From positions 2,635,230 through 2,699,229 of the forward strand of contig CM119267.1 in the NCBI GenBank assembly GCA_051294375.1: a stretch of 64,000 nucleotides of DNA, written 5' to 3'. Positions 1 to 12,657 of this stretch are shown piece by piece. Position numbers and translations under genes: made by a program. How positions within the stretch are numbered: the first letter of the stretch is position 1; every line of letters begins with the position of its first letter. The DNA comes from Paraspadella gotoi. Taxonomy: Eukaryota; Animalia; Chaetognatha. The notes beneath the pieces are model-generated. The model was given only the letters and a program-made list of their open reading frames with translations. It ran no database searches and had not been told where the DNA came from.

Positions 1-38
1 AAAAGCCAGTAGTATCATTTCAAACTTGGAACTCAAAC

Positions 39-581
39 CTGTAACACTCCTCGATCGGATAAACGGTTAAGTCCAGCCTGGTGAAGTTATCCTTGATCGT
101 ATCGAGAGCCGCCATCGCCGCCCTCACGTCGTCCAGGTTGTCGATGGGATTGCTGAGTTTGGCCACGTATTCTTCGCTGAAATCTATGATCTCCTTCAGC
201 TTCTTGAAGTATATGTCGTGGATGTGGGAGCAGTAGACGTGCTTCCACTGCTTCAACTCCACCTCGACGGCCTCGACGAATCTCTCCGTGGAGAGGAGAA
301 GGGGTCCGAAGGGAATCCCCTTGGGCAACTTCTGCACCTCGTTCAGTGTCGTGTCGAACTTGTGAATGTGGTTCTGCCATTCGGACAAGGAGGGATTCTT
401 GGCGGCCAAGTCGTTGAGTTCCTTGTTCTTGTCCAGATCCCAGACGAAGCGATATCGGTAGAACTGATCCAAGACGAACTCTAATTTCGGTTTGAGATTG
501 AGAATGGCACCGTGGAGATAAGCGCTAGACTTGGTCACGTCCTTGTGGTTGGAAATGTACTTCTTCAAGTTGTTGATAGTT
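39..581 (-). CDS. Dynein heavy chain exon
   Basis: Polypyrimidine-CAG acceptor ending at 582 and GT donor at 38; encodes ...LSTERFVEAVEVELKQWK...LSNPIDNLDDVRAAMAALDTIK...PIEECY. Confidence 0.9.
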
Positions 582-3500
582 CTGGGGGAAAAAAAAAGTG
601 GAAAGACAATTAGAAGAGGAAAGACAAAGAGAAAGGGGAGAAAGACAAAGCAAAAGAGGAAAAACGGAAAGAAGGGGAAATACAAAAAGAAGAGGAAAGA
701 CAAAGAGAAAGGGGAAAAGACAAAGAGAAAGGGGGGAAAGACAAAGCAAAAGAGGAAAAGCGGGAAGCAGGGGAAATACAAAAAGAAGAGGAAAGACAAA
801 GAGAAAGGGGGAAAGACAGACTCAAGGGGGAAAGATGGACAAAAGGGGAAAGGACAAAGAGAAGAGAGGACAACAGGCATAAGACAAGAGAAGAGGGGGA
901 AAGACAAAGAGGAGAAGGGTGGTAAAAACAAACACACGAGGGGGAAGACAAAGCGAAAGGGCTAAATTGTCTAATTGTCAATTGTCGTTTTCTAATTGTC
1001 AATTGTCGTTTTCTAATTGTCAAATGTCGTTTTCTAATTGTCAATTGTCATTTGTCGTTTTCTAATTGTCAATTGTCAATTGTCGTTTTCTAATTGTCAA
1101 TTGTCTAATTGTCAACTGTCGTTTTCTAATTGTCGTTTTCTAATTGTCAATTGTCANNNNNNNNNNNNNNNNNNNNNNNNNGAAAGAGGGGGGAGTCAAT
1201 AGATTGACCTCAGGATTCGAAAAACTGACAAATCTGACAAGTTAGAAAAAAAACGGAGCTAATTAGAAAACGCTACGACAGCTGAGACAATTAGAACAAT
1301 TGACAATTTAGAAAAAACGACAATTGACAATTAGAAAACGGACAAATGAACAATTCGACAATTAGAAAACGGACAATTAGTAACGCTAGAACAGTTGACA
1401 AATATAGCACAAATTGACAAATTAGTAAAAACGACAAATTGACAATTGACAATTAAGAAAGCGCGACAATATAGAAAACGACAGTTGACGTAATTAGGAA
1501 CACATCGAAGACAAATTAGAAAACGCAATTGACAAATGTGAGACAATATTGAAACACGCGACAACATGACAATTTCGACAAATGATTAAAAACGACAATT
1601 AGAAAACCGAACGTATTTGACCGAATAGCAATTGACAATTAAAAAAAAAGAATACTCGACAATTGAACATATTAGAAAACGACTAAAGTGACAGAATTGA
1701 CAACAATTAGAAAAAACGACAATTACAATCACTGACAGTTGGACATATTATAGGACAATTGAAACAGCAGATTAGAACGACATTGACAATTGACAATTAG
1801 ATAAAACGCAAATGGAACATCATGACAATGTAGGAAAAACGAATGGATTTCGACATTGATTATTTACTTAATATTAGAAGCGACAATTGACAAATTTAGA
1901 TAAACGCACACAAATCTGCACAGGTAATTAGAACAAAATTTAGGCGCCCTTTCGGCTTTGCTTCTCTCCGCTTCTCAGTTGTGTTTGTTTTTTTTTTTTT
2001 AAACCTCTTATTACGCCCAAACGTCGATCCCTATCATCCTTCTTGGTCTTGTACTTCCACCCCTCCTCCCTGCTCCTGGAACTACTGTATCTTACTCCGT
2101 ACCGATTTGTCTTGAATGCCTGTTGTCATTCTTCAGATGAAGTCTGAGGGTAGCGATACTCTTCTTCGCCTGCGTTCGCGCTTCTTCGCTGCCTCTCGTC
2201 TCCCCCCCCCTTCGCCTCACTTGGGTTCGATCTCTTCGATATCGTCGATCCACTCGTCCTCTCGAAAGACGTTGAACTTGTCGTCGATGTGATGTCGATT
2301 GATTTTCGTCTTCGCCTGACCCCAAGTGGCCACGCCCTCTGAGACGTTGACGATGGCGTAGACGACGTTGTCGATCGCGGCTTGGATAGCCTTTCGATCG
2401 TATGGGGGGGAGGGAGAGCAGTGAAAATTTAAGGCGAATCGTCATCAAAATTGCGACGAATGTGTATCGATTAAAATATCGATTAAAAGTCGAGGACGAG
2501 CGAAGAGCGATTGTTTATCAATATTTTTTTTTTGGGGGGGGGGAATTCATTGAGGTTTAATGGATTGCTGCAATGCATTAATAAGTGATAATAAAGAAAA
2601 AACAAGAACGGTCGTTCCATTCCCAAGTTTCGCCGCGTCGGTGCGACATGAACTGTGTATCTTTTTACGATTTTTTGTACAAAATAAAAGGAAGTAGTAA
2701 CTTGGATTCGAGTCTGCGAAATATAACAAAAGAGCAACCAAATTTAAACCGCATTTTAAACTAAATTGTTAAAGTATTACGCGAGTTATGAGCATTTTTT
2801 AACGTTAGCGGGACAGACCAACGAATAAACAGACCAATCAGTGGAGAAGACGGTCATGGACAAATGGAGCACTTGGGTTCAATCGTACCTCGATTCCGAT
2901 CATCCAACAGGGTATCCTCCTACATACGTCAACCAGGTTCGCACTTTCCGGGACCGACTGCATTCACGAAGGCCGGCCGACCTCGGCGACCGGGCCTTTT
3001 CTTGACGGAGCTGGAAGTTTTACTGGACACTGTTGCCTCGGAGGGTCGCCTCATCAAGTTCAGCAGCAGCGCATTTCATCCGATTTTCCTTTTTCGGGAC
3101 GGAGAGCATACCCCATCGGGGCTCATTGGCCCACACACATTTGGGGGCAGAGTGGGGGATATCGATCGTCTTTCAATTGACTTCTGCCCAAATGCGCAGT
3201 CGAACCAACAGATCAATCCCCCTCATTAACCCGGTGAGTTCACAAGAGGGACAGGCATGGACCCGCAAGGTTTAAAACCGGCGAGCCGGAATCCCTGGGT
3301 CAAAATAAATTATGCAACCAAAAAAAAAAAAACCAACAAACAAAAAACACAACAAAAACAACCGTGAAATCTCTATGACGAACAACACCCCATGGAGACG
3401 CCTATTTTGCGTTATGAAATTTTATTTAGTTAGACGCTATGGACAAAAGAGCGCTCCTTTTGGGAATATTAAAGGGTATATATATTCAGGAAGATATGTT

Positions 3501-6234
3501 ATTTATTGGATATCTTTACCAGTGACTTGGGATTTCATTCTTCAAGATTTATAGATCTTTTTTTAAAACAGTAGAGAGCAACAGAAGAAAATTATAACAT
3601 TGTGAAACAGTTACTGGAATATTAACTTTTATTTCTACAAGGGCTGATCATTTATTATTAATTTGGGTTAGGGCTATTGGTAAATCATGGGTGCCATAAC
3701 TTTAAGAAATGATTTTTCAAAACAATAAAAATTAAGCACATCCTAACAACATCGTCTGATTATTTTAACACTACAAGGGAAGTACAAGTTAGTTCGTGCG
3801 TAAAACCAGAGGATCACACCCAGGATATGCTCTTATTTCATTTTTTGACTTATTCCACCCACGACAAGAGTATGACTCTTAAACCAAATATTATCTTCCA
3901 ATATGTTTTCTCTGATTTATTTTTTTTTTCTAAAATAAAAGCCTCTATTCCCCTCACTATAATTTACATTGATCTAAGGTTAAGCTTTAATAGTTCCAAA
4001 AAATTGGACCAGATTCCTCATTACATTTTGCATTCTTAAATCAAAAAATTTATCACTTACTTAGATCCTATGGTTGGCCCTTACACCACGAATTAATAAA
4101 CTCTAGTTCACTTTAAGATTCGTGGATTTGGAGAAAAAAGTTATCGAAATAGTTAATTACGGCATCACTCGGGAGGTAAATTCCTCAGCTCAACATCAGA
4201 GGAAATCGAAAGACCACACGAGGCAATTTAAAGAGACAATTACAACGAATGCATAATAAATGATAATTTTATTTGTTATTTTATTTTTAAATGAAAAGTA
4301 CTGTTTTGTTTTTTAGATCAATGATTTTTAACAGAATATTTTGTTTTTTACCATCCGAGGTTATATTAAAACGTTTAAATGATTTTTTTTTTGTAAATGT
4401 TCATGAAGTTACTATCTGAGTAGGGTATAGAATGGTTATTAAAAGAGTATCATATGGGAACTAAAAACACATTACAGGAGATAGTTTTAAATTCACTAGC
4501 TTTTAATGCAAATTAAACTTTATTATCAAAAGGATTTTTCTTGGATATTGTTATGTCAGCAATACGAGAGGGCAACGCATTAAGGGTCCTTAATATGTAA
4601 GAAATAAAGTCATCTATGCTGTAATCTTAACAGGAGACACATTGTAGAGAATTTTGGTTTGCAAAAAAAGAGTGGGCCTTCCGGGCAGCTAGAGTTTTTT
4701 TAGGAAGTAACTTGTGGTCCAAAACCTTATGGGGCAACAAACCTAGGACTGTGGCTCAAGTCTTTTAGGGGGCATGTTAAGGGACTCAATGTGACGCAGA
4801 GAGTATAACTCAGAGGACCGCGCGTCCAACTTGTGTAGGCTTTGTCCAAGACGGGGGGTAGGGGGGGGCCGCGGCTTTTTACGCGTGGTGGCGATTTTTG
4901 AAAGCAAATAAAAGGAAGTAGTGAACTTGGGATTCGGACGGTCTGGTTCGGGCGGGAAATAATAACAGAAAGAGCAAGTCGCAAATTTTAAACGCCGGGC
5001 ATTTTTAAACCTAAATTGGGTTAAAGGGTGATTAGCGGGGCAGCGAGGTTATGAAAACGATTTTGTAAACGTTAGCGTGAGGGGGACAGGACCATGCAGC
5101 ACGAAATAAACAGACCGTAAGGGCCGGGGGGAGACGAGAGGGTAAGAGACGAGCAAAAAAAAAAACGAAAAAAAACAAACAAACAACATTTCGGGGATAT
5201 CGAAACGGTGAAAAAAAAAAACCTTGAGCGGTGGGGATTCGTAATCGCACGGTCGGAGAATCTTAAAGGCAGGATTTTCGGCCTCCATTAACATAGAGTA
5301 CGAGCCTTTGAGGCAGGTAGGAGCGGGGTCGCCGCGCTTTGATCTCCTCCTCCACATCGACGGGGTTGCCCTTGACGAGCGGGCACGAGCAGCTTTGTTC
5401 ACGTATGAGGATGCGAGTCGTCTTCTTTCAGTCAAACGGTCGAGTGGAGTTCTTGAACGCATTGGTTTTTCTGTATGTTGCTTTTGTGCGTGCGTTGGAA
5501 CCGGCCGTGAATGAAGAAGAACTCCTCATATTTCTTGTATCGCGTGTGTCCGCCCATCGCGGGGTTACATTCCTTGTTCCTGGCAGTTCGACTTTGGGAG
5601 GGGGGGGTAAAGTGAATAACAAAAACTGATAATAAAATACATATAACTAAAACGAGTTTTGGTTATTTTGGTGATTATTTTGGTGTGATTGGTGTAATTA
5701 TTTTTCTACACTTTGAACACTGCATTCGGGCCGGAGTGGGGCGCTTGGGGGGTATTTTTTTTGTTTGGAAGGAGCGCCGCTCCCTCCTCGGGGGCGCTAC
5801 ATCGTTAGTCCCGGGGCCCCCGCATATCAGGTTTTTCTTTTGGCGGGGAGGACGACCTGAACGGAAGCGCGCAGCACGGGTGGCATTTGGCGGCGGGGCG
5901 AGTGAGGTGGCGAAAAGGCGGTCGGCCATTCCGTCATTCTCCGGCTCGCCTCTCGTTGACGGTCGGCTTAAAGTGTTCACGACGACGGTGGTTGGGTGAA
6001 AATTTGGTCCGTTTCGAGCGGACGGGGAACACAGTGGTGGGGGCTGGGTGGACTGAACAGGGCATCAATCGGTCGGCAAGAAGCAGTCACCTAACCGGGC
6101 GGCCCGGTTCTCCATCATGCAACTCATCGTGTTGGAATGTCACGGGCTTTTGTTCACTATGGGCCCTAAATGCGGATTTAACTCTTTAATAAAATTAATT
6201 TAAAAATATAAAGGAATTATTATTATTATATATG

Positions 6235-6266
<32 letters not shown>

Positions 6267-8282
6267 GTTTTTAANNNNNNNNNNNNNNNNNNNNNNNNNC
6301 TCACCGGTAGACAAAAAAACAAAATAACGAAAAAAAAAAACTAAAACAAACTAAATTTCGATATCGAAACGTTGTGATAAAAAAAAAACTTTGAGACGTA
6401 GAGGACTTCGTATTCCACGTCGTGATACATTTAGGCAGTATGTCGTCCTCCATAATAAATCTGACGTCTGAGCTCTAGAGCGTCGCCGTCGCTTTTGATC
6501 TCCTCCACATCGACGGTGATAGTTGCCGATCTTACGGTGCACCGAGCATCTTGTCGTGTTTGGACGGATGCTATCTCTTTCCTTCAGCAACTTTCTGAGG
6601 TGATGTTCTTGACGCACTTTGGTCGATGGCTGCGTTGTCGATCATCGCGTGAAATGAAGAAGGCACTCCCTTTCATCTGTTCGCGTCCCATCGCGTTACT
6701 CCCTTTAGCCTGCCAATTCGATTTGGAGGGGGGCGGTAAATGAAAAAACAAAAACAAAAAACAAAACAAAACAATTCTACTAACCTGCATTCGCGCCTTT
6801 CCTTCCTCGGGAATTCATCGTTCCCCTGCGAGTGTGAACGCCGGGCATCGGCGCGGCGTTATAAATTAGGCGTGGCCATTCGTCCTCGCTTTGGAGTGCT
6901 TCACAGTTTTTAAGTTCCTGGTGATGTCCGTTTGTGTAATATTAATATATCATCACGGTCGCCAGAAGCATCACCACTCCGTTCTCCATCATGCAACTCA
7001 TCGTGTTGGAATGTCACGGCTTTTTGTTCACTAGTGGGCCTCTAAATGCGGATTTAACTTTTAATTAAAATTAATTTAAAAAATGATAAACATTAATTAT
7101 AGATTATTATTTATTATTATTATTATTATAATATTATATTATTTATATATATATTATACATCCATTCCTATGATGACTCATACCATTTGTTCACAACTCT
7201 CCCTTTGGCGAAAAATGACGAAGTAATGGCTGTAAGTGAATGGTCTGATGAGCGTAGAGTCCAACGTTGCCTCCATACACGCTCGTCGATCTTCTCTTTG
7301 AAGAGTCTCACTCTCACGGATGAACGATTGATCGCATCTTCTTTTAAATATTATTATTATTATTATTATTATTATTATCATCATCATTCTACTGACCTGA
7401 TTCCTCTTGATGAACTCATCCTTTGTCCACAACTCTCCCTTTGGCGGGAAAATGACGAGTATGGTGTAAGTGATGGTCTTGATGGGGTGAGTCACGTTGG
7501 CCTCCATCAGCTCGTCGATCTTCTCTTGAAGAGTCTTCACTCTCACGGTGACGGATTGCAAGTTTTCCAGATAGCGGGCTTTGTTCACCGATCCCCAACG
7601 GAGGTAAGTGTAGCCTTTAAAAGGGGGGAAAAAATGAAACTTTGTTTGAGTAAAAAAAAAAAAGAAGAAAATTAAGTTATGATTCTAAAGTAAAGCGCAG
7701 GATGAAGTGACCAAAAGGAGAGATGGTCGCAATTCTGTAAGTGTGGATAGCACCCCCACACTTAGTGCGCCCAGTGGGTCTGGAAAATCTTTCCGTCAGT
7801 TGCTTCGTTTTCCCAATCTTCGGATCCGGCGGGATAATCGAATTGGTTTTTTGCATTGTCTAGTTTTTTATTAACTCAAGGAATTGTCCGGTTTTAATTT
7901 TTTTCGATTTCGATAGAAGTCTCATATGACGTGTCAACAACAACGTGTCAACCGTGTCAACGAGTTGAGTTTGGATGCCCATTCATCTACCCATTCGCAG
8001 ATGCAAAACCGAGTCACGACACCTGGCGCGATGGTGGCGTCCATCTCGTCAATGTTAGACTTGAGCATGTCGCGGAACTGAGGCGAGAAATGCTTGCGAA
8101 CGGCGTAGAAAGCGTCGACGGCCTCCTGGAGAATCTTGGCGAAGTCGAAGAGCGATCCTTCCCTCAAGCAGATGTGGGAGACGACGAGCGGAATCTCGAG
8201 TCCAAGTCCGCGCATTGTTTTGCGACTCTCGGCTCATGTCATTGTACTACCTTTTATGAGAGCAAGAAGAGAGCGGGAGACG

Positions 8283-8313
<31 letters not shown>

Positions 8314-11300
8314 TGAGAGAGGAGGGAGAGAGAGAGAGGAGAGAGAGAGAGGGGACGGACGGAGAGAGAGGAGAGAGAGAGAGACGAGAGAGACTGAGAG
8401 AGCTGGAGATGGAGAGAGAGAGAGAGAGAGCAAATGAAAGGAGAGCACAAAAAAATACGAGATCGAAAAGACGAGAAAAGATGAGAGAGCCGACAAAGAG
8501 AGTAGAGTGAGAGTGAGAGAGAGAGAGAGAGCAAAAAAGAGAGCGAGAACGAAAGAGAGAAAAAGAGAAAGAAAGAGCGAAAAAGAGAGAGATATATATA
8601 CTATTCTTTTTAATCCCCCCTATTAATCGTTTCGTTTCGAAATTTCCAACCACCGATATCAATACAACGTAACATTATAAATGAAACTCTTTTCCCATTG
8701 TACCGCTAGTAACGAAAAACGTCCCTCCCTCACCGTGTTATCGAAATTAATGAGAGCCTCGTTCGTGTCCGGATCCCTGACCAGCAGAGGCGCCTTCAAG
8801 CCGCCCCGGATCTCCTCGATGTGAGTGCTCCAAGCCTCGTGGACGGCGACCTCGTATTCGATGAACATCTTGATGGTCAGATTATAATTGAGAAAAATGG
8901 GTTTGAATTCCGGGCGAAGTTCAGCGAGAGTCGGGAAAGACTCGAACGAATCTTCGTCCATCAAAACTGGCGTCGATGTATCCAGACGAGACGATCGCGA
9001 CGAGCCCGACGACGATTCGTCGCCTTCTCCGCCATCGCCGCCGCCGTCGCCGCCGCCATCGTCTCCGCCGCCGCCGTCGCCGCCCCCTTCCTCGTCGTCT
9101 TCGCCCTGATTGACGTTGATGTTGGCGTTGGCGTCGGCGATGCGTCTACGGCGCCCTCCGCCAAAATCGCCGCTGGAAAGATTCACGTCGTTGTTGTTGT
9201 TATCGTTAGTTTCGGAGTCGTCTTCGTCGTCGTCTTTGTCGTCGCCTCCGTCGGGCGCGGCGTCGCCGTCTCCGCCTTCCCCGTCCGCAGCCGCCGCAGC
9301 CGCCGCCGCTTCCGCCGCCGCCGCAGCCGCCGCCGCCTCCCTCTCCTCCATGGATTTCGTTCGCGGCTGATAGAAGATCCATTCCATTTTCAAGAACTCG
9401 TCGAAAGTCTCCTGCAGACGGCGTTGCAAAGACCGGGCCCACGAGACCGTGCCGGAAAAGGGAAGCTGCGTTCGAGCGATCGGAGGATCGTCCCGATTGT
9501 CTTCAAACATCCGACGAACGTAGTTGATCTCCTCGTCGAAGAGTTTGAACAATCCAAGGTAAGTGCCGGGTATGTCGATGCAGGGCAGATTGAGGTGAGA
9601 CCAGCGCTGGAGCAGCCGCATCATGCAAATGATGTTGGGCATCTGATCCATGTTCTTGTTGAAGAGAGTCTTGATGCTCTCCTCAAAGTCGCAGATTTGA
9701 TCGCGAAACTTTTCGAACTCGTCGTCGTAGGTCTTGTCGCGGTATTTCATCGTGTCGTGGGGGAGAGATCTGATCCAAGCGATGGACTTGTCAAATTTCC
9801 GCATCAGAGGTTCGACATTTTCGATGTTGCTTCGCCGCAAGATGGTGTAGCGACGCTCGAACGTCGCCGCTTCGATCAGCTTTTGCAGCCGCTCGCAAAA
9901 GGCGCGAAATTTCCCGAAGATGTACATTTCCGAGAATTCGAAGGGACGGTCTCCCGGGGTCTGCTCGGCCCGCTCCTTGGTCTCCCGAAAACGATACAGG
10001 TAGAGATCGAAAACCTCGACGCATTCTTGACACTTTTCCAGGATCTGGGTATTAAATTAAAAGAAGGTCAACACGAAACATAGCCGTAAAACACAAAACA
10101 TCAATAAATTAAGTCAGCGAACGAGCTCATTTGACTCTATTTTCCCAGAACATCCCATTTTATCTTAAATTCGTAATTAAGTTGATATTTTTAGTTAAAG
10201 ATTAGGTTAAAGGTTACTGATTAAGGTAAAGGGATTTATTTATAATTAGGGTTGAGCATTTGAGTTAAGGACTAGCATTTAGGGTTAAAGGTTAGGGTTA
10301 GAAATTAATAATATGGGTTTAGGGTTAGGGTTTATAATTAGGTTAAGGTTAAAGATTAAGGTTGGAGATTAGGCTTAAGAATTAGTTTATTAATTTAAGT
10401 ATTAAAATTAAATTTAAATATTTAATAAAAAAGTTTTACAATAATTTATTTTAAACAAAAAACGGACATGTTTTGGCTTTTGTTAAAAATAAATCGTTTA
10501 TGGCAACGTTAGAAAAGGTGACAAAATTTATGATAATATACATTTATTATAATGTAAAACATGAGAATAGTACATAATAATAAAATTTACTTCAAACCTT
10601 CTCACTTATTATATAAACACAACGAAAAAAGAAAAGATCATAATATAAATTTAAATATTAAAATTAAAATTAATTTTTGGCATAAATGGACAGAAATTGA
10701 GCACTCTCGGAAAAGAGAGCCGATGAGTTACAATCGCCACAATCGCACAGACAATTCCGTCCACCTCCTTCGCGCTCAACGTCCAGATGCTTTTCGTCCC
10801 ATTGGAGGTGAGGTAGTTCTTGAGGCTGTTGACGATCTGATTGGTGACTTTGATGAAGAGGGAAGTCATTCTCTCAGATGTGCTGAAGAATCGAGCAGTC
10901 GTGTTGATGGCCGCCAGTCGACGAATCAACGAAGGTATGCACGCCTGAGGTGAGAGATAAGGGCGTTATCATTTCTCATGACATATGGAAGAAGTTTACA
11001 ATTTCAAGACGACCTTTATTTGTTTGGGATCCGGACGATATAACGGTCTGACCAAGGATTCCAAGGAATAAAGAAATCTAAAAATAGAAGGAATATTGGG
11101 AACGCTTAAAATTAAAAGCAAAATATTGACAAAATAAAATGAAAAACATTAACAAGAACGGTAATTCGAAGTAATGCGCCGCAGTGACCGCCTTATCGCG
11201 TGTATTTCTCGTGACATTACATGATAACAATAAATTTCTTAGCCCATGTATTTATGATACGCACTGCATCGGAATTTCGTCTTTTATTCTTTATAGTTTT

Positions 11301-12596
11301 AGGATTTTTTGATGGCGGCGCTAGCAGTCCTTTAGATTTGAGGTTTTTTCCTGTCTTAAAAAATGGGCAACCAACTATATGCAAGTTATGAGCATTTTTA
11401 ACATAGTGTTGGACGAACCGACAGACCGACCGAAAAGTGACACATTGAGTTTCTTCACAAGTATTTTCCGGCGCAACTAAAAAACGTAATAAAACCCCAA
11501 AAAACAGAAAGCACGAATCTTTAAATTGCCTCGTGTTGTCTTTCGATTCGTTGACAGAATCCGTGATGCGTCGATCGATTTCCTTCCAACTAATAATAAA
11601 AATCGGGGAAGGAAGTAAGAAATTATTTTTTAAGCATTGGAATCTGTTTTGACATGAGTTAAAGACGTTAGTGAGGAGCTTTTATTAAAAAAAAAGAAAC
11701 AATGGGATAATGGGATCTGTTTTACACGAAGTAGGATTCTAATTTTAGTTAATATTACCAAATAACCCAAATAATAATTAAATGATAGAATAATTTATCG
11801 TAATATGGAAAAAAAAAACAATCTTGAAACGTCACATAAATTTCATAACCACTACGTCTCATGGTTTTCTTCATAGAAATTTCACGTTGTTTTTTGTTGT
11901 TGTTTTTTGTTGTTGTTTTTTTTTTTGGCCATAATTATGATCGGTTAAACCTCGCCATCTCGTCAATCACCGGTCGAGGATGATTTTCGACTTGGCGCAT
12001 TGCAGAATGACGATCGACACTCGACAAATGTGGGTCTTCGTGAAATCGATGATGCTGCTGAACTTGATGGAGGCGACCCTCCAGTACTCCAGCTCCGTCA
12101 AGGGTCCCGAGTCGCCCTTCTCCCGACGAATCATGTTGAAGTCGTTGATGATGGAATCGAGACGATTGACCCAATGCATGACCGTCTTCTCCACTGATGG
12201 AAGGATGTCAGGATTGCGGGCCGCAATCTGATTGGAAAACCAAACGAGAGAGAATGACTCGAGATTTTTAAATTACTTATTCTTTTCTCTCTTATTTTCC
12301 CCCTTTTTTTCTTCTTTTATTTCCCGCCATTTTTCCCTTTCTTGCTTTCCTTCCTTCCTTTCCTTCCTTTCTTTCGTTCCTTTACTTCCTTCTCTTCCTT
12401 TTCTTTCTTCCCTTCCTTCCTTCCTTCCCTTCCTTCCTTTCCTTCCTTCTTTTTCTTCCTTTTCTTCCTTTCTTCCTTCCTTTCCTTCCTTTCCTTCCTT
12501 TCCTTCCTTTCTTCCTTTCCTTCCCTTCCTTCCTTCCCTTCCTTCCCTACCTTTTTCTTCCTTCTTCCTTCCTTTCCTTCCCTCTTTCCTTCCTTC

Positions 12597-12657
<61 letters not shown>

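Noticed and set aside
531-1044. K/R-rich and F/S/L-rich ORFs (also at 8136-8662, 12232-13101, 34375-34983, 42297-43067, 45152-45585)
   Set aside because: They are translations of microsatellites or purine/pyrimidine tracts that lack stops by composition.
2864-3275. 121-aa and 80-aa plus-strand ORFs
   Set aside because: They are scrambled translations of the noisy inverted copy of dynein exon 11971-12227.
8821-10083. 420-aa plus-strand ORF
   Set aside because: Antisense shadow of the GC3-rich dynein exon.
10260-10390. TTAGGG-like runs suggesting a telomere
   Set aside because: Degenerate, interstitial and always attached to the same dispersed repeat end.
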